A program made the translations under genes and the position numbers. A stretch of 64,000 nt of DNA from Chitinimonas koreensis (GTDB taxonomy: Bacteria; Pseudomonadota; Gammaproteobacteria; Burkholderiales; Chitinimonadaceae), in assembly GCF_014353015.1 (NCBI RefSeq), contig NZ_CP060704.1:1282210-1346209 (forward strand), given 5' to 3'. Positions 63,811 to 64,000 of this stretch are shown here, in pieces. The notes beneath the pieces are model-generated. The model saw nothing but the letters and a program-made list of their open reading frames with translations, did no database searches and was not told the DNA's origin. The number at the start of each line of letters is the position of its first letter. Within the stretch, counting starts at the first letter, position 1.

Positions 63811-64000
63811 ATGGAATTCCTCACCACGCTGCAAGCCCGCATCCCCGACTACGCCAAGGACATCCGGCTCAACCTCGACGCGGTGATCAAGCGTTCGAGC
63901 CTGGCGCCCGAGGAGGCGCTCGGCGCCGCGCTGGCGGCCGCCTTCGCCGCGCGCTCGAAGACGCTGGTCGATGCCATCCGCGACAGCGGCGCGCTGTCCG
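63811..64000 (+). CDS. ahpD: Alkylhydroperoxidase AhpD-family (carboxymuconolactone decarboxylase-like) protein, truncated by the window end
   Basis: MEFLTTLQARIPDYAKDIRLNLDAV.. typical AhpD N-terminus, immediately downstream of ahpC. Confidence 0.6.
   Translation, partial: MEFLTTLQARIPDYAKDIRLNLDAVIKRSSLAPEEALGAALAAAFAARSKTLVDAIRDSGALS

Overview
This 64 kb window is high-GC (roughly 68-70%) chromosomal DNA from a betaproteobacterium. The tig-clpP-clpX-lon-hupB-tRNAVal-tRNAAsp-ppiD backbone matches Neisseriales/Chromobacteriaceae-like synteny. Content by region:

- A PepSY/flavoprotein-reductase + ApbE-DUF2271 + DUF4198 cluster.
- A TPR-GAF-GGDEF signalling gene.
- A LysR/DsbA-like/NmrA-like module.
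- gltX, and the last three genes of a T2SS operon (gspLMN).
- The tig-clpPX-lon-hupB-ppiD housekeeping block.
- An orphan cheR.
- An RtcR/sigma-54-controlled RNA-repair locus: rtcBA plus SPFH, Zn-ribbon and Pol-beta nucleotidyltransferase genes, preceded by two tRNA-like elements.
- A ~6 kb insertion bounded by an ~80 bp direct repeat of the tRNA-Cys 3' half, carrying Zn-ADH, USP, FNR, CheY-like regulator, NarL-type regulator and PAS histidine kinase.
- A tRNA-Gly/Gly/Cys cluster.
- moaA, mobA and cobA.
- A nitrate-assimilation cluster (nasA, nirD, nirB, PP2C-Ser/Thr kinase, NarK-like transporter).
- An S41 peptidase, cysK, cca, a holin-family membrane protein, a PrpF-like isomerase, a Cache-GGDEF cyclase and an AhpC/AhpD pair.

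At least four families of palindromic or tandem intergenic repeats are scattered through the window, and one copy sits inside nasA.

Many conserved genes (tig, clpX, gltX, gspM, rtcR, cheR, adh, nasA, HK, GGDEF) carry single-base frameshifts in homopolymer runs. This looks like an assembly indel-error signature rather than true pseudogenisation. It affects all start/stop calls below.
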